This document shows positions 9,673-20,949 of a stretch of 57,941 bases of DNA, piece after piece. The stretch's first letter is position 1. Every line of letters begins with the position of its first letter. The notes beneath the pieces were generated by a model, which saw nothing but the letters and a program-made list of their open reading frames with translations, searched no databases and was not told the origin of the DNA. Source of the stretch: Chthoniobacterales bacterium (lineage in GTDB: Bacteria > Verrucomicrobiota > Verrucomicrobiia > Chthoniobacterales > UBA10450); the NCBI GenBank assembly GCA_036758965.1, contig DAIOVO010000003.1, positions 1 through 57,941 on the forward strand, written 5' to 3'. A program made the position numbers and the translations under genes.

Positions 9673-11367
9673 ATGTGTTCCAGTATCCTTGTCGTGAAAT
9701 CCAGGCGTGCAGGTGGCGGGACAATCCTTCGGCGGCGCCGATTTTTTTTGTTTGGCGAGCTGCTGGTTCTCCTGCTCTTCGGAGCAATGGCGGCGCGTCC
9801 AATTTATCATCGGATAAAAGCGAAAAGGTCGGAGCAGCTTGCGGCGGCAGGGGAAGCATTCGTAGCGCAGGGAAATTTCTCCGGCGCCGCGCTGAAATAT
9901 CGCGCCGCGCTGCAACTGGACCCACTCGGTTATCGCGCCTTGCGCGGGGCGGGGGCGCTGGCCTTGCGTTTGCATCACTCCGAAGCGCTCGGCATTTGGG
10001 AGCAGGTAATCAAATTGCCGCAGGCGACAAATAGTGATCGCGAAGAAGAAGCGGCCGCGCTTTTGCAGGCAAACCAGCTGGGCGCGGCGGCGAAAGCGAT
10101 CGATCAATTGCTCAAACGCCTGCCGTCCACGCGCGCTCTGCTGCTGGCTTCGCGCTATTCCGAGCAGGTGGGCGACCTGGACAAAGCTCAGGAATACGCG
10201 CGCCTGGCCGCCGCCCGCGCGCCAGACGATGAGACCGCAAAAACGCGCCTCGCGGAGGTGCTGGCGCTTTCATCCGCGGCCAACGAGCGGGCGCAGGCGC
10301 GGAAATTACTCTGGGAAATCGCGGAGAAAAATAGCGCCGCGAAAAAATCTGCACTCGAGGCGCTGGCGCGCGCGCCGGACCTCGACTTAACGGAGCTAAC
10401 AAGGATTAAGACGGCGCTGACCCCGTTTGCCGCTGCGGACTTGGTCGATGCGCTTTTGCTGGCGGATTTGCAGTTGCGTTACAACGCCAGCCCGGCGGAG
10501 ACAATTTACGATGAGGTGGAACAGCGCTGGGGGGCGCGCGCGGAAGTTGCCCAATGGTTGAATGCGCATCAGCAATTCGAGCGCGTGCTGCGTCTGACCG
10601 GAGCAAATGGAACAGCCTCGGACGAGCTGCGGTTGGCGCGGCTCGATGCTCTGGCGGGTGAACGGCGCTGGGATGAGATCGACGCGCTGCTGGCGCGAAA
10701 AGATTTGCGTTTCGATCCGGTCGTGACGGAATCATTCCGGGCGCGGGTGGCGCAGGAAAAACAGTCAACGCTGGAAGCAGAACTGCATTGGAGCAAGGCG
10801 ATTTCCCTCGCGGGCAGCGATTCATCTAAACTGCGTTTTGTGGCGGCGTTTGCCGAGCAGAGCGGCGCGAACGATGCGGCCCTGCGCGCGTTCGATCAAT
10901 TGGCGCGCGCGCCCCAGCAGGCGGCATTTGCTCTCGCAGGCCAGGAACGCCTCGCCCTGAAACAGCATGACATCGCTTCCGCCCGCGCCGTGGCAGAAAA
11001 AACTCTCGCCCTTCGCCAGGAAGACCCGAACGCCCGCAACCGCGCCGCTTACTTTAATTTGTTGCTCGGCAAAAATGTGCCGGCGAACGCGGCGACGGCC
11101 AGGGAATTAGTCGCCCAGTTTCCCGATCGGCTTGAATTCCGCGTCACGGCTGCCCTCGGATGTTTGCGTTTGCACGATGCGAACGCGGCGCTGGCGCAGT
11201 TTAAGGGGCCGCCGATCGATTGGGGAAAAACGCAACCATCCTGGCGCGCGATTTACGCGGCGGCGTTGCTCGCGAACGAAGATGTGGCCCGGGCGCGCGA
11301 GATCATTCAATCGATTCCGCCGGAGCAACTCTCCGCCGAAGAGCGGACGCTGATTCAGCTGAAATAA
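9673..11367 (+). CDS. TPR-repeat protein with N-terminal membrane anchor
   Basis: Ala/Leu-rich helical repeats throughout and an N-terminal hydrophobic segment (FFLFGELLVLLLFGAMAA). Start uncertain. Confidence 0.6.
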   Translation: MCSSILVVKSRRAGGGTILRRRRFFLFGELLVLLLFGAMAARPIYHRIKAKRSEQLAAAGEAFVAQGNFSGAALKYRAALQLDPLGYRALRGAGALALRLHHSEALGIWEQVIKLPQATNSDREEEAAALLQANQLGAAAKAIDQLLKRLPSTRALLLASRYSEQVGDLDKAQEYARLAAARAPDDETAKTRLAEVLALSSAANERAQARKLLWEIAEKNSAAKKSALEALARAPDLDLTELTRIKTALTPFAAADLVDALLLADLQLRYNASPAETIYDEVEQRWGARAEVAQWLNAHQQFERVLRLTGANGTASDELRLARLDALAGERRWDEIDALLARKDLRFDPVVTESFRARVAQEKQSTLEAELHWSKAISLAGSDSSKLRFVAAFAEQSGANDAALRAFDQLARAPQQAAFALAGQERLALKQHDIASARAVAEKTLALRQEDPNARNRAAYFNLLLGKNVPANAATARELVAQFPDRLEFRVTAALGCLRLHDANAALAQFKGPPIDWGKTQPSWRAIYAAALLANEDVARAREIIQSIPPEQLSAEERTLIQLK

Positions 11368-11372
11368 AAACG

Positions 11373-11771
11373 TTAGAGCAAGCTGGAGCCAAACGCGCCC
11401 GGCTTCCCTTTTTTCCAGCGCAGCTCGGGGTCTAAATTTATCTCGTGCGCCGGCACGTCGAAGCCAACCGAGCGAAGCAAATAAGAAACGCCCTCGCGGC
11501 TTTCCATCGTCTCCTTCAAACTGCGGGCGAAGAGCTCGATATATTCCTTGTAGGAATCGAGCGCGAGTTTGCCCTCGGCAAAATGTTCGGCCAGCGCTTC
11601 GTCGTGGTAATCGATCAAATCGACCAGCGCCCGACGCAAATCCATCCGCACCTTGGGATCAATGACGACCTTGAATGGGTTCGCACCCGCATCCGGTTTC
11701 GCCAGCGCTTTTTGCAAGGCGGGCGTGTGAGTGGAAGAGACAATCTGGTAATCGCGCGAATCGTTGGCCAT
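11373..11771 (-). CDS. hypothetical protein
   Basis: 132 aa ORF, same strand as hppA and 31 nt downstream of it. No recognisable motif. Confidence 0.45.
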   Translation of the reverse strand: MANDSRDYQIVSSTHTPALQKALAKPDAGANPFKVVIDPKVRMDLRRALVDLIDYHDEALAEHFAEGKLALDSYKEYIELFARSLKETMESREGVSYLLRSVGFDVPAHEINLDPELRWKKGKPGAFGSSLL

Positions 11772-11802
11772 CGAACCGAACTTACGCCGCCAAACGCGGC
11801 TG

Positions 11803-13881
11803 TTAAAAGAAAATCGGAATGATCAGAATGGCGACGATGTTCACCACCTTGATCATTGGATTGATCGCCGGGCCGGCGGTGTCCTTGTAGGGATCGCCCA
11901 CCGTGTCGCCGGTGACGGCGGCTGCGTGCGCTGAGGAACCTTTGCCGCCGAAGTGGCCTTCCTCGATGAATTTTTTCGCGTTGTCCCACGCGCCGCCGCT
12001 GCTGGTCATGGCGATGGCCACAAACAAACCAGTAACAATCGTTCCCACCAAGACGCCGCCAAGCACGACCGGGCCGAGCTGCGGAATGATCGCGACCAAA
12101 ATAACGACAAGCACCGGCAGCAATGCAGGAATAATCATTTCGCGCAGGGCAGCCTTGGTAACGATATCGACGCAGGTGCCGTAATCTGGTTTGTCTTCGC
12201 CGCGCAAAATTCCTGGTTTGGCGGTGAGCTGGCGCCGCACTTCGCGCACAACCGCACCGGCCGCCTTGCCTACCGCGTCCATGCTAAAAGCGGTAAAGAT
12301 GTAGGGAAGCAAGCCGCCGATAAACAAGCCGATAACGACCTTCGGCTCGGTTAACGAGAAGTGGAAATCGAACGGCTTCCCATTTCTCGTTAGGTGAGCG
12401 CGCAATTCTTCGACGTAGGAACCGAAGAGCACGAGCGCAGCCAGGCCAGCCGAAGCGATGGCATAGCCTTTTGTGACCGCTTTCATGGTGTTGCCCACGG
12501 CGTCGAGCTCATCGGTTACGCCGCGCACTTCTTTCGGCAGGTTGCTCATGACTGCGATCCCGCCGGCATTGTCGGTAATAGGACCGAAGGCATCGAGCGA
12601 AATAATAATTCCCGCCATCGACAACATCGCCATCACCGCCACCGCGATTCCGTAGAGGCCGGCAAAATGGAAGCTAAACAGGATCGCGATTCCAATAAAC
12701 CCAACCGGCAGCGCGGTGGCATGCTGGCCAATGGCGAGGCCGGCGATGATGTTGGTGGCGTGCCCGGTCTCGGAGGCGCGCGCAATTTTTTGCACCGGCC
12801 GGTAGCGGGTCGAAGTGTAGTAGTTGGTTATCAGGACCACGATCCCAGTCATGAACAGCCCGACGAGCGAGGCGTAATAGAGATCGTTCGCGGAACGCAG
12901 CCGCCCGGCGACTTCCAAACCGTTGGGAAATAATTGATGCGTCGCCGGCCAGAACAAAATAGCCGAAACGAGCGCGCTCATCCCGACCGCACCCATGAGC
13001 ACGCCGGCTGGTTTGCCCCCACTAATATTGACGAACAAAATTCCGCAGATCGCACCGAGCACAGAAATGCCCCCGAGTAAAAACGGGTAAATGATCGCCG
13101 CGGGCGAATTCGAGACCGTCAGCGCGCCCACTAAAATCGCGCCGATCAAGCTCACGGCGTAGGTTTCGAAAACGTCCGCGGCCATGCCGGCGCAGTCGCC
13201 CACATTATCGCCCACGTTATCGGCGATGGTGGCGGGATTGCGCGGATCGTCCTCCTCCAGGCCGCTCTCGATTTTGCCGACCAAATCCGCGCCCACGTCT
13301 GCGGCCTTGGTATAAATACCGCCGCCCAAACGAGCGAAGACGCTAATTAAACTCGCACCCAGCGCCAGACCTACTAGGCTGCGAACCGCTAGGTCGTGCC
13401 CGACCATTTTGCCAGCTATGGTATAAAAAATTCCTACCGCCAGCAGCGCGAGGCCGACCACCAGAAGGCCGGTGACCGCTCCGCCATTGAAGGCGACGCG
13501 CAACGCCGCGCTACGCGAACGCGTCGCCGCTTCGGTCGTGCGGGTGTTGGCCAGGACCGCGATTCGCATCCCAATAAAACCGGCCGCAAGCGAGCAGAAT
13601 GCCCCGATGAGGAAACCAATCGCAGTTGGATGATCTTTAAATTTGAAGAGCAACCCGAAAATGATGACCGCAATAATGCTAATGGTGACGACCTGCCGGT
13701 TCAGATACGCTTTGGCGCCTTCCTGCACCGCATTTGAAATCTCGCGCATCCGCTCATTGCCTGGCGAAAGACGCAGGATAAAAGCGATGAGAAGAAAGGC
13801 GACGACCAGGCCGACGATTGCGCAGGCGAGGGAAAGGCGAATGCCCGATTGCAGAAGATTAAAGGCAAGAAAAAAACTCAT
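11803..13881 (-). CDS. hppA: membrane-bound proton-translocating pyrophosphatase, probably K+-independent type
   Basis: Signature [18 protein letters not shown]; 692 aa with ~16 TM helices. GNTMKA carries Lys where K+-dependent enzymes have Ala. Confidence 0.93.
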   Translation of the reverse strand: MSFFLAFNLLQSGIRLSLACAIVGLVVAFLLIAFILRLSPGNERMREISNAVQEGAKAYLNRQVVTISIIAVIIFGLLFKFKDHPTAIGFLIGAFCSLAAGFIGMRIAVLANTRTTEAATRSRSAALRVAFNGGAVTGLLVVGLALLAVGIFYTIAGKMVGHDLAVRSLVGLALGASLISVFARLGGGIYTKAADVGADLVGKIESGLEEDDPRNPATIADNVGDNVGDCAGMAADVFETYAVSLIGAILVGALTVSNSPAAIIYPFLLGGISVLGAICGILFVNISGGKPAGVLMGAVGMSALVSAILFWPATHQLFPNGLEVAGRLRSANDLYYASLVGLFMTGIVVLITNYYTSTRYRPVQKIARASETGHATNIIAGLAIGQHATALPVGFIGIAILFSFHFAGLYGIAVAVMAMLSMAGIIISLDAFGPITDNAGGIAVMSNLPKEVRGVTDELDAVGNTMKAVTKGYAIASAGLAALVLFGSYVEELRAHLTRNGKPFDFHFSLTEPKVVIGLFIGGLLPYIFTAFSMDAVGKAAGAVVREVRRQLTAKPGILRGEDKPDYGTCVDIVTKAALREMIIPALLPVLVVILVAIIPQLGPVVLGGVLVGTIVTGLFVAIAMTSSGGAWDNAKKFIEEGHFGGKGSSAHAAAVTGDTVGDPYKDTAGPAINPMIKVVNIVAILIIPIFF

Positions 13882-14064
13882 ACCCGGTTGAAGCGGGGGA
13901 CACTAAACGGGTTTCGCGGAGTCGCAACTGAGGAAATTGGCGCAACATTTTATGGAAATTACGGCCAGCAACGCGGGTAGAAACGAAGCTTCGTCGCGGG
14001 TGTTCTATTTGGACGGTCGAGCTGAGGCGCGGGAATAAACCTAAGACGGGATGAGGAGATATTT

Positions 14065-16347
14065 ATGCGCTTAACTTTCATGCAGCAAAGCTGGCTTTTG
14101 GCGTTTACTCTCGGTCTCTCAGGAATGAGCGGCGCCCCCCGTGTGTTGGCGACCCAGGCGGATAACACTGCCATCAATTTCGTGAGCGACACGGCCGGTC
14201 CGACTTCATTTATACACCAGCTCAATTACACTGTGAATCCGGTCGCTAATCTAACGAGCGTGCGGTTCACGATCGCTCCCCGTGCCGGATCGGTCACCCG
14301 CGCCCTCTCGGCTAATTATCCGAGCGCCTACCTCACGAGCCGCGGTTTTTTGAGCAGCAATAGTCTCACTGTTCCCGTATTTGGACTCTACGACAGTTCG
14401 ACTAACTCCGTCACTGTCAGCTTCACCTTTACCGATAACTCCTCCAAATCAGAGATGCGCTCTGTCACCACCGCCGCTTACAGCGATCCCTGCGGTTACA
14501 AGAATCCAATTATCGTCCAAAGTAGAACAACTTCCACCAGTGTGAGCTATGACTACATGCTTCTTAAAGACGCCTGTAGCGCGGACTCGCCCGCGGTCAT
14601 GGATAGTGATGGAGCGCTTCGCTGGGTTGGAGACGCCGGGGTGGCTAGCTTTAGCGACGCCTTCTACGATAATGCCTTCTATGTCGGTAATGATACCCAA
14701 TTGCTACGCATTGAGCTGGACGGCGCCGTTTCGGTCGAAAATGATTATAGCGACATAGGTGTAACTGGTTTTCACCATAATATCGATCCCGGTAAATACG
14801 GTCTTCTCCTTTGCGTTGATACTCAGACGGATACCGAATCAGTTATTCTTGAGGTCGATAAGACAGGCAGTCTTATAAAGGAATTTAACATGGCAGATAT
14901 TATTTCCGCCGCCATGACCGCTGGCGGAGACGATCCCAGCACTTTCGTCGTTCGAAGCCAGGATTGGTTTCACAACAATGCCAATACTTACCGAAGAAGC
15001 GACGATACACTAATCGTCTCCAGCCGTGAAAACTTCGTTATCGCCGTAGATTATCAAACTAGTAAGATCAAGTGGATTCTCGGAGATCCCACCAAGGCCT
15101 GGTATCAATATCCCAGCTTGCGCGCCTTCGCTCTTTCAGTGCCGGCTCCGGGTGTTACTCCGATCGGAGAGCATTCAGTTTCCATCACTGCCGATGACAA
15201 GCTTCTCCTTTTCGACAACGGAAGGAATAGTCTGCATCATACCCCGGCAGGAGCAAATCGAACCTACGCGCTGCCGCGAAAGTATGCCCTCAACCTGACG
15301 AACGGGACCGCAACGGAGGTTTTCCAGTACGACCAGCATATCATAAGCGATGTCTGTTCCAGTGTTTACGAGGATGCACCCAATAACTACCTTATAGACT
15401 ATGCCGTTTCCGGTGGCCTAGGCACTGCCAATCCGAATGCCGAATTAGTCGGGCTTCAATCCGATGGCAGTAAAGTCTTCGATTACAAGTACCCCACCCA
15501 CATTTGCGACGAAGTTTTCAACGCTATTCCGCTGCACTTCGAAAGCCTGAGTCTCGCGCCGGAAATGGCGACCTTTCCAGGCACCCTGCGCAATGTCTCG
15601 GCGCGCGGGACAGTCGGGACAGGTGAAAATGTGATGATTGCCGGATTTATTGTTACCGGGAGCGCAAATAAGGAAGTAATTGTCCGCGGACTGGGACCCA
15701 GTCTGGCGCAGTTTGGATTGAACCCGGTAATAGCCGATCCAATCATCTCTCTCTTCCAAGGCAATCAATTCTTAATGACCAACGACGACTACGTCGCGGA
15801 CGCGGAGCTAGCCAGGACCGGCCTCACACCCACGAATCCGAAAGAGAGCGCGATTGTGACTACGTTAAATCCCGGAGTTTACAGCGTCATCCTCGGCAAC
15901 CAGGCTGGTGCGATCGGCGTGGGATTAGTCGAGGTCTATGAGATTACCACCAATGGTTCCCAGCTGGTGAATGTTTCGGCGCGTGGAAAAGTGGAGTCGG
16001 GAAATAATGTTCTCATCGGCGGTTTTATTGTTGGCAATGGTAGCATCGAAGTCGCGGCGCGCGCGATTGGGCCCAGCCTGAGCAACCAGGGAGTGATGAA
16101 CCCGTTGGCCGATCCCGCCCTGGGACTTTATAACGCAAACGGAGCCCTGATCGCATCGAATCGAAACTGGAAAGACTCGCAGCAAACAGAACTTACTAGT
16201 ATTGGGCTCACACCTTCCGACGATAAAGAAGCGGCGCTTTTAACTATTTTGGATGCCGGCGCTTACTCGGTGATTGTGACCAACGACAGTGGAACGAGTA
16301 ATGGAGAAGGAATTGCCTTACTCGAAATTTTTAACGTCGGACAATAG
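14065..16347 (+). CDS. secreted arylsulfotransferase-like (ASST) beta-propeller protein with two C-terminal ~120 aa repeat modules
   Basis: Signal peptide. ASST-like motifs GFHHNIDP and DWFHNNANTY...SSRENFVIAVDYQTSKIKWILG. Tandem modules lie at 15586-15945 and 15964-16338. Confidence 0.6.
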   Translation: MRLTFMQQSWLLAFTLGLSGMSGAPRVLATQADNTAINFVSDTAGPTSFIHQLNYTVNPVANLTSVRFTIAPRAGSVTRALSANYPSAYLTSRGFLSSNSLTVPVFGLYDSSTNSVTVSFTFTDNSSKSEMRSVTTAAYSDPCGYKNPIIVQSRTTSTSVSYDYMLLKDACSADSPAVMDSDGALRWVGDAGVASFSDAFYDNAFYVGNDTQLLRIELDGAVSVENDYSDIGVTGFHHNIDPGKYGLLLCVDTQTDTESVILEVDKTGSLIKEFNMADIISAAMTAGGDDPSTFVVRSQDWFHNNANTYRRSDDTLIVSSRENFVIAVDYQTSKIKWILGDPTKAWYQYPSLRAFALSVPAPGVTPIGEHSVSITADDKLLLFDNGRNSLHHTPAGANRTYALPRKYALNLTNGTATEVFQYDQHIISDVCSSVYEDAPNNYLIDYAVSGGLGTANPNAELVGLQSDGSKVFDYKYPTHICDEVFNAIPLHFESLSLAPEMATFPGTLRNVSARGTVGTGENVMIAGFIVTGSANKEVIVRGLGPSLAQFGLNPVIADPIISLFQGNQFLMTNDDYVADAELARTGLTPTNPKESAIVTTLNPGVYSVILGNQAGAIGVGLVEVYEITTNGSQLVNVSARGKVESGNNVLIGGFIVGNGSIEVAARAIGPSLSNQGVMNPLADPALGLYNANGALIASNRNWKDSQQTELTSIGLTPSDDKEAALLTILDAGAYSVIVTNDSGTSNGEGIALLEIFNVGQ

Positions 16348-16441
16348 CGTTTATTAGCTGAGACGCAGTTGAGAAAAACTCCGGCGACAATGTTTCGTTG
16401 CTGGAAGTATTAAGTATGCGGTAGTAACCACAAAAGCGGAA

Positions 16442-17925
16442 CTACAGCTCGAAGAAGGCGCGCAATCGACCGAGAAAACTGGCGCTATATTCCTGTTGCT
16501 TGGTCGCGATAGTCTGGCTGGCCGCGGCGTCTTTAAGAATATCCTCGTTCTCCAGTTTTCGGCTGGCGAGTAGTTCGCTCAGTTGGTTAAGGCAATCGGG
16601 CGATTGTCGAATGATCTCGCCCATCACCGGCTTGCTGATCTCCATAACATAGCAATCACCTTCTGCGCGCACAGTGGCCGCGCGCCGCTCGCCGGTTAGC
16701 AGCGACATTTCGCCGAAGCAGTCGCCCGAGTTCAAGGTCCCGACGCGAATTACCGAACCGTTCTTGGCCACCGATACATTAGCTGTGCCGCGCAGAAGCA
16801 CGAACATCGAGCTGCCCTCCGCACCTTCTTCAATCAATCGTTCGCCGCGTCCGAAATGGTTTAGCTGAGACCGGTCGAGTAACCCGTCCACCTGTGTATC
16901 GCTCAAACATTTGAAAAGCGGTTCGCCCCGCAGAATCGCTCGCGCTTCTGCGTGCCCCTCCGCGACTGGCTTCGCTCGCCGCCGGTCCAGTTTGAGGGTG
17001 CGAATCGGGAAAGGAATGGTGATCTTTTCACGTTTGAGTTCATACCAAATATTCGTGCGAATCGCGTCGGCGGCGTCGTTCATTACCGCGTGATTATTTA
17101 AGTAATACTTAATTTCGTAGGTGATGGCAGATTCGCCAAAGTCCATTAGAAAAATTTTCGGGCGCGGCTCTTTCACCACGTGATCGGCGCCGCAAACAGC
17201 ACGGTAGAGTGCGTCTTTTACCCGGTTAGGTGGAAGGGTGTAGTCAATTCCTACCCGCAGCCGCAGCGCGTGCAGGCCACTTGGATAATGAAGATTGACG
17301 ATGGTTTGTTTAACGATCTCGTTATTGGGGACTTCAATGTAGATGTTGTCATTAGTGCGCAGCCGGGTGGCGCGCCAGTTGATCTCCATTACTTCGCCGT
17401 AGTTCTCTCCTAGCTTTAACCAATCCCCCACTCGATAAGGCCGGCTAATCTGTAAAGTGACGCCGGCAAGCAGGCCGCCGAGAATGTTTTGGCCGGCAAA
17501 CCCGAGGATCACAGCTGCTACTCCGGAGCCGGCCAATAAGGTCTGGAGCTCGCGCTCGGCATGGTAGCCCGAGCTAAGAACAAACAACAGGGCGATGAGA
17601 AAGATCACCAGTGCCGCCAACTCGCGCAGTAGCTTCGGAACGGGCGTCTGCCGCCGTTTCTCAAAATATAAATCCCAGACGTAACGATCGATTAAACCGA
17701 CCACCACCGCGGTGCTGAGCAAAATGAGAGCCGCCCCAATGTGGTTGCGCCAGGAGGCGCGCAAACCATAGATGCTGATGGCGACGTAGAAGGCGAGCGT
17801 GAGACAAAAGAATTGATAAACCAGACCGAACGGAATCTTCCGATGGCCAGAGCGACAAAGTAAGTGACAAAGAATGCGATCACGGTCGAGGCCGTGCGCT
17901 GGGTTTCGATGAAGGTGTGCATCAT
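16442..17925 (-). CDS. MscS-family mechanosensitive channel with C-terminal cyclic-nucleotide-binding domain (bCNG-type); N-terminus ambiguous or frameshifted
   Basis: MscS core GDWLKLGENYGEVMEINWRATRLRTNDN and cNMP motif FGEMSLLTGERRAATVRA. The longest start (GTG at 18127) overlaps the DUF423 gene. The first in-frame canonical start after it is TTG at 17764. An ATGATG at 17925 opens a TM-like ORF in another frame. Confidence 0.8.
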
Positions 17926-17969
17926 CGCTGGTTGATTCTAGACAGAAAAATGAAGAGCAACAAGCGCGC

Positions 17970-18311
17970 TTAACGTGGGGAAAAGAAAAGCCAGGCCCAA
18001 CCCGCCAAAAAACAAATTCCGCCGGCCGGTGTAATCGCCCCAAACCAGCGCATCCCAGAAAGCGAAAGCGCGTAAAGACTGCCGCTAAACAAAATGATGC
18101 CGATGAGAAACAGATAACAAGCCACACGGTTCGCCTGATGAAATCCCAACACCACCAGCGCCAGCCCCTGCAAAAAGTGGTAGAGAACGGCGGTGTTCCA
18201 AGTATCGCGGCTGTGGTGCGCCCTCAGCGTCGAGTCCAGCGCATGCGCCCCAAAAGCGCCCAGCACCACTGCAAAAAAACAAACCAGCGCGCCGATTCGC
18301 ACCCAAAGCAT
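17970..18311 (-). CDS. DUF423 (YgdD/TMEM256-like) membrane protein
   Basis: 113 aa with four TM helices and the typical GAFGAH motif near the N-terminus. Confidence 0.75.
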   Translation of the reverse strand: MLWVRIGALVCFFAVVLGAFGAHALDSTLRAHHSRDTWNTAVLYHFLQGLALVVLGFHQANRVACYLFLIGIILFSGSLYALSLSGMRWFGAITPAGGICFLAGWAWLFFSPR

Positions 18312-18409
18312 GAGGAAAGCCTACTTGAAGCGTTTGATCGAGTCGAGCACGTCTGTTTGAGATGACGTTTGCTCTTCCCAATTTCGTCGGCGCCGCGTTA
18401 CCCTGCGTC

Positions 18410-20200
18410 ATGCGAACGTATTTTCTCCGCGCGATGTCTCTGATCGCTCTGGCCGCCATTTTCCCTCTCGCCGTCGCTGCCAGCTCGCCACTGCAGGAGC
18501 GAGCCGACCGCTTCCTTTCTCTCGCTAATGCGGGCTACCAGGCACTCTACAAGGTAAACAGCGAAGCGCAGTGGCTGGCGGTGACCGACGTTACGCCTGA
18601 GCACGACGCCGCGGCGGAAGTGGCGGGGAAACCAGCAGCGGCGTTTAATGGCAATCCGGCTTTGATCAGCGAAGCGCGCGAGCTGCTGACTCATCAATCC
18701 GAGTTAAACGAGCTAACGATTCGTGAGCTAAAGCAGTTACTGCTGAATGCGGCCGAAGAGCCGATGATCAATCCCGATCTGGTGGCGCGGCGCGTTGCCG
18801 CCGAAACAAAACAGGCGTCTATTCTCAATAGCTTCGAATTTAAGCTCAACGGCGCTGCCATCACCGCCAATCAAATTGACGACAAGCTGGAACACAGCAG
18901 CGATTTGAATGAACGCAAGGCGGTCTGGGAATCTTCCAAGTTGAGTGGACCTGCCTTGAAGCCAAATCTGGTTACGCTGCGCGAGTTACGCAACGGCGTC
19001 GCGCACGAAATGAAGTATCCAGACTATTTCTCCCTCGAAGTAGCTAGCTATGGAATGACGGCGGAGGAGATGCTGAAGTTACAAGAAAGCTGGATGACTA
19101 CCTTGCGTCCTCTTTATCTTCAGCTTCACACCTGGGCGAAGTATAAATTGGCGGAGAAGTTTCACCAGCCGGTGCCGAAAAAGATTCCGGCACATTGGAT
19201 CAATAATCGCTGGAGCCAGGAGTGGACTGGTTTGGTTGAGGCCGCCAATATCGATCGATATTTCCAAGGCAAAGACGCGCAGTGGATCATCAAACAGGCA
19301 GAACAATTCTACACCGGGCTGGGTTTCGCGCCGTTGCCGGCCAGCTTTTGGGAGCGGTCTGATCTTTACCCGCTGGCGCCCGGGTCGAAGCGAAAGAAAA
19401 ATACCCATGCTTCCTGCTGGCACATCGACCTGTAGGATGACATTCGTTCTCTCCAGAGTATCGAGCCAAATTCGCAATGGTTTTTCACTGCTCACCACGA
19501 ACTAGGCCACGGCTACTACTTCAAAGCTTATTCGCGCCCGCAAGTCCCTTATCTCTTGCGCACCGGAGCCGCGCCGGGATTCCATGAGGGAATAGGTGAA
19601 CTGATCGCACTTGCTTCCAGGCAGGTTCCCTATTTGCAGGCGCGCCATGTTTTGCCGGAAGATTTCCACGCCGACAAGACGGCCTTTCTCCTCGATGATG
19701 CTCTGGCACGCTCAATTCCATTTATCTTCTTTGCCAGTGGCACGATGACTCACTGGGAAGCGGATATCTATGCGCATAATCTTCCGGCCGATCAGTGGAA
19801 CGCGCGCTGGTGGAAGTATGTAGGAGAGATTCAGGGCATCGAGCCGCCGTCAGCGCGCGGCGAAGAATTTTGCGATGCCGCGACCAAGACTCATATCAAT
19901 GATAACCCAGCTTACTATTACAACTACGCTTTCGCGACTGTCTTTAAATTCCAGCTTCACGACTACATTGCGCGCAAGATTCTGCACCAGCCACCGCAAT
20001 CATGTAATTACGCCGATAACAAAGAAGTAGGAGAATGGTTGAATAACATCCTGAAGAAAGGCAGCGCGGAAGATTGGCGCAAGGTCCTAAAGGATGCGAC
20101 CGGGGAAGACATTTCTACGCGGGCAATGGCAGATTACTTTAAACCACTCGAAAGCTGGCTGGAGGAACAAAACAAGGGAAGACAGATAGGGTGGGAGTGA
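18410..20200 (+). pseudogene. M2 family (angiotensin-converting-enzyme-like) peptidyl-dipeptidase interrupted by one in-frame TAG
   Basis: ORFs 18362..19435 and 19556..20200 share a frame. Reading through the TAG at 19433-19435 gives HASCWHIDL*DDIRSL...FFTAHHELGHGYY...GAAPGFHEGIGE, i.e. the HEXXH and downstream E of M2. Signal peptide starts at the ATG at 18410. Confidence 0.8.
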
Positions 20201-20405
20201 TGGCAGAGATTCGAGATTCGTTGAAAAGTTGAGCGGGTTATACGCTCTCTTGCCGCGCGCTCCCTCGTTTTCCCGAGATCGCCTCCAAACCCTGGGGGTC
20301 GCGCGGATCGGCTGGCGGGCGACCTAAGCCTGAACTGAGCTAAGCCGAGATGAGAGGGATGCCGTTGGGCAGGAAAGGAATAAGGCAGAAGTTAAAAGTC
20401 GGAAG

Positions 20406-20552
20406 TCAATTCATGGTCTGCTCGTCGGCGCGGATGATGCTGCCGCCGCACTGAGGACACTCCCAGTCTCTCTGCTTAAAGGAGGCGCGCGAGCCAGCGA
20501 TCTCTTCACCGCAATTTTGGCACGTTATGGTGATGTCATCGTCTTCGGACAT
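20406..20552 (-). CDS. small zinc-ribbon protein
   Basis: 48 aa from MSEDDD, with CQNC ... CPQC pairs. Confidence 0.45.
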   Translation of the reverse strand: MSEDDDITITCQNCGEEIAGSRASFKQRDWECPQCGGSIIRADEQTMN

Positions 20553-20695
20553 GTAGCAGCTTAACAGATCTTGCCCCGAACGCAGGCACAAAGAAAAGGC
20601 TGATCCGCCTGGGCGTAAGTTTGGGGCGCGACAAGGGAGGCCAGAGGGAGCGATTGGTTTGACAGGAATCAGCGAGGCTGATAGGAAGGAGAACT

Positions 20696-20923
20696 ATGGC
20701 CAAAAAAAGTGGAGATTTTGATTCCGTCTATCGGGTAACAGAAGTAATCGGCACGAGCACAGATTCGTGGGAGGAGGCGGCGAAAAATGCCGTCAAGACC
20801 GCCGCCGCGACGCTGCGCGATCTGCGCATTGCCGAGATTGTGAAGCTGGATATGAAGGTCGAGGGCGGTAAGGTGCGGGCGTTTCGCGCGCGCGTGCTGG
20901 TATCTTTCAAATACGAAAGCTGA
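20696..20923 (+). CDS. dodecin-family (flavin-binding) protein
   Basis: 75 aa. VYRVTEVIGTSTDSWEEAAKNAV...LRDLRIAEIV...RARVLVSFKYE matches the dodecin pattern. GGAAGGAG Shine-Dalgarno lies upstream. Confidence 0.8.
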   Translation: MAKKSGDFDSVYRVTEVIGTSTDSWEEAAKNAVKTAAATLRDLRIAEIVKLDMKVEGGKVRAFRARVLVSFKYES

Positions 20924-20949
20924 AAGTCGCCTCCGTTATTGCACCTAAC

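Noticed and set aside
17926-18127. GTG at 18127 as the start of the MscS-cNMP gene.
   Set aside because: It would overlap the well-supported DUF423 gene (17970..18311) by ~158 nt on the same strand, and the added residues are Cys/Ser/Phe-rich noise.
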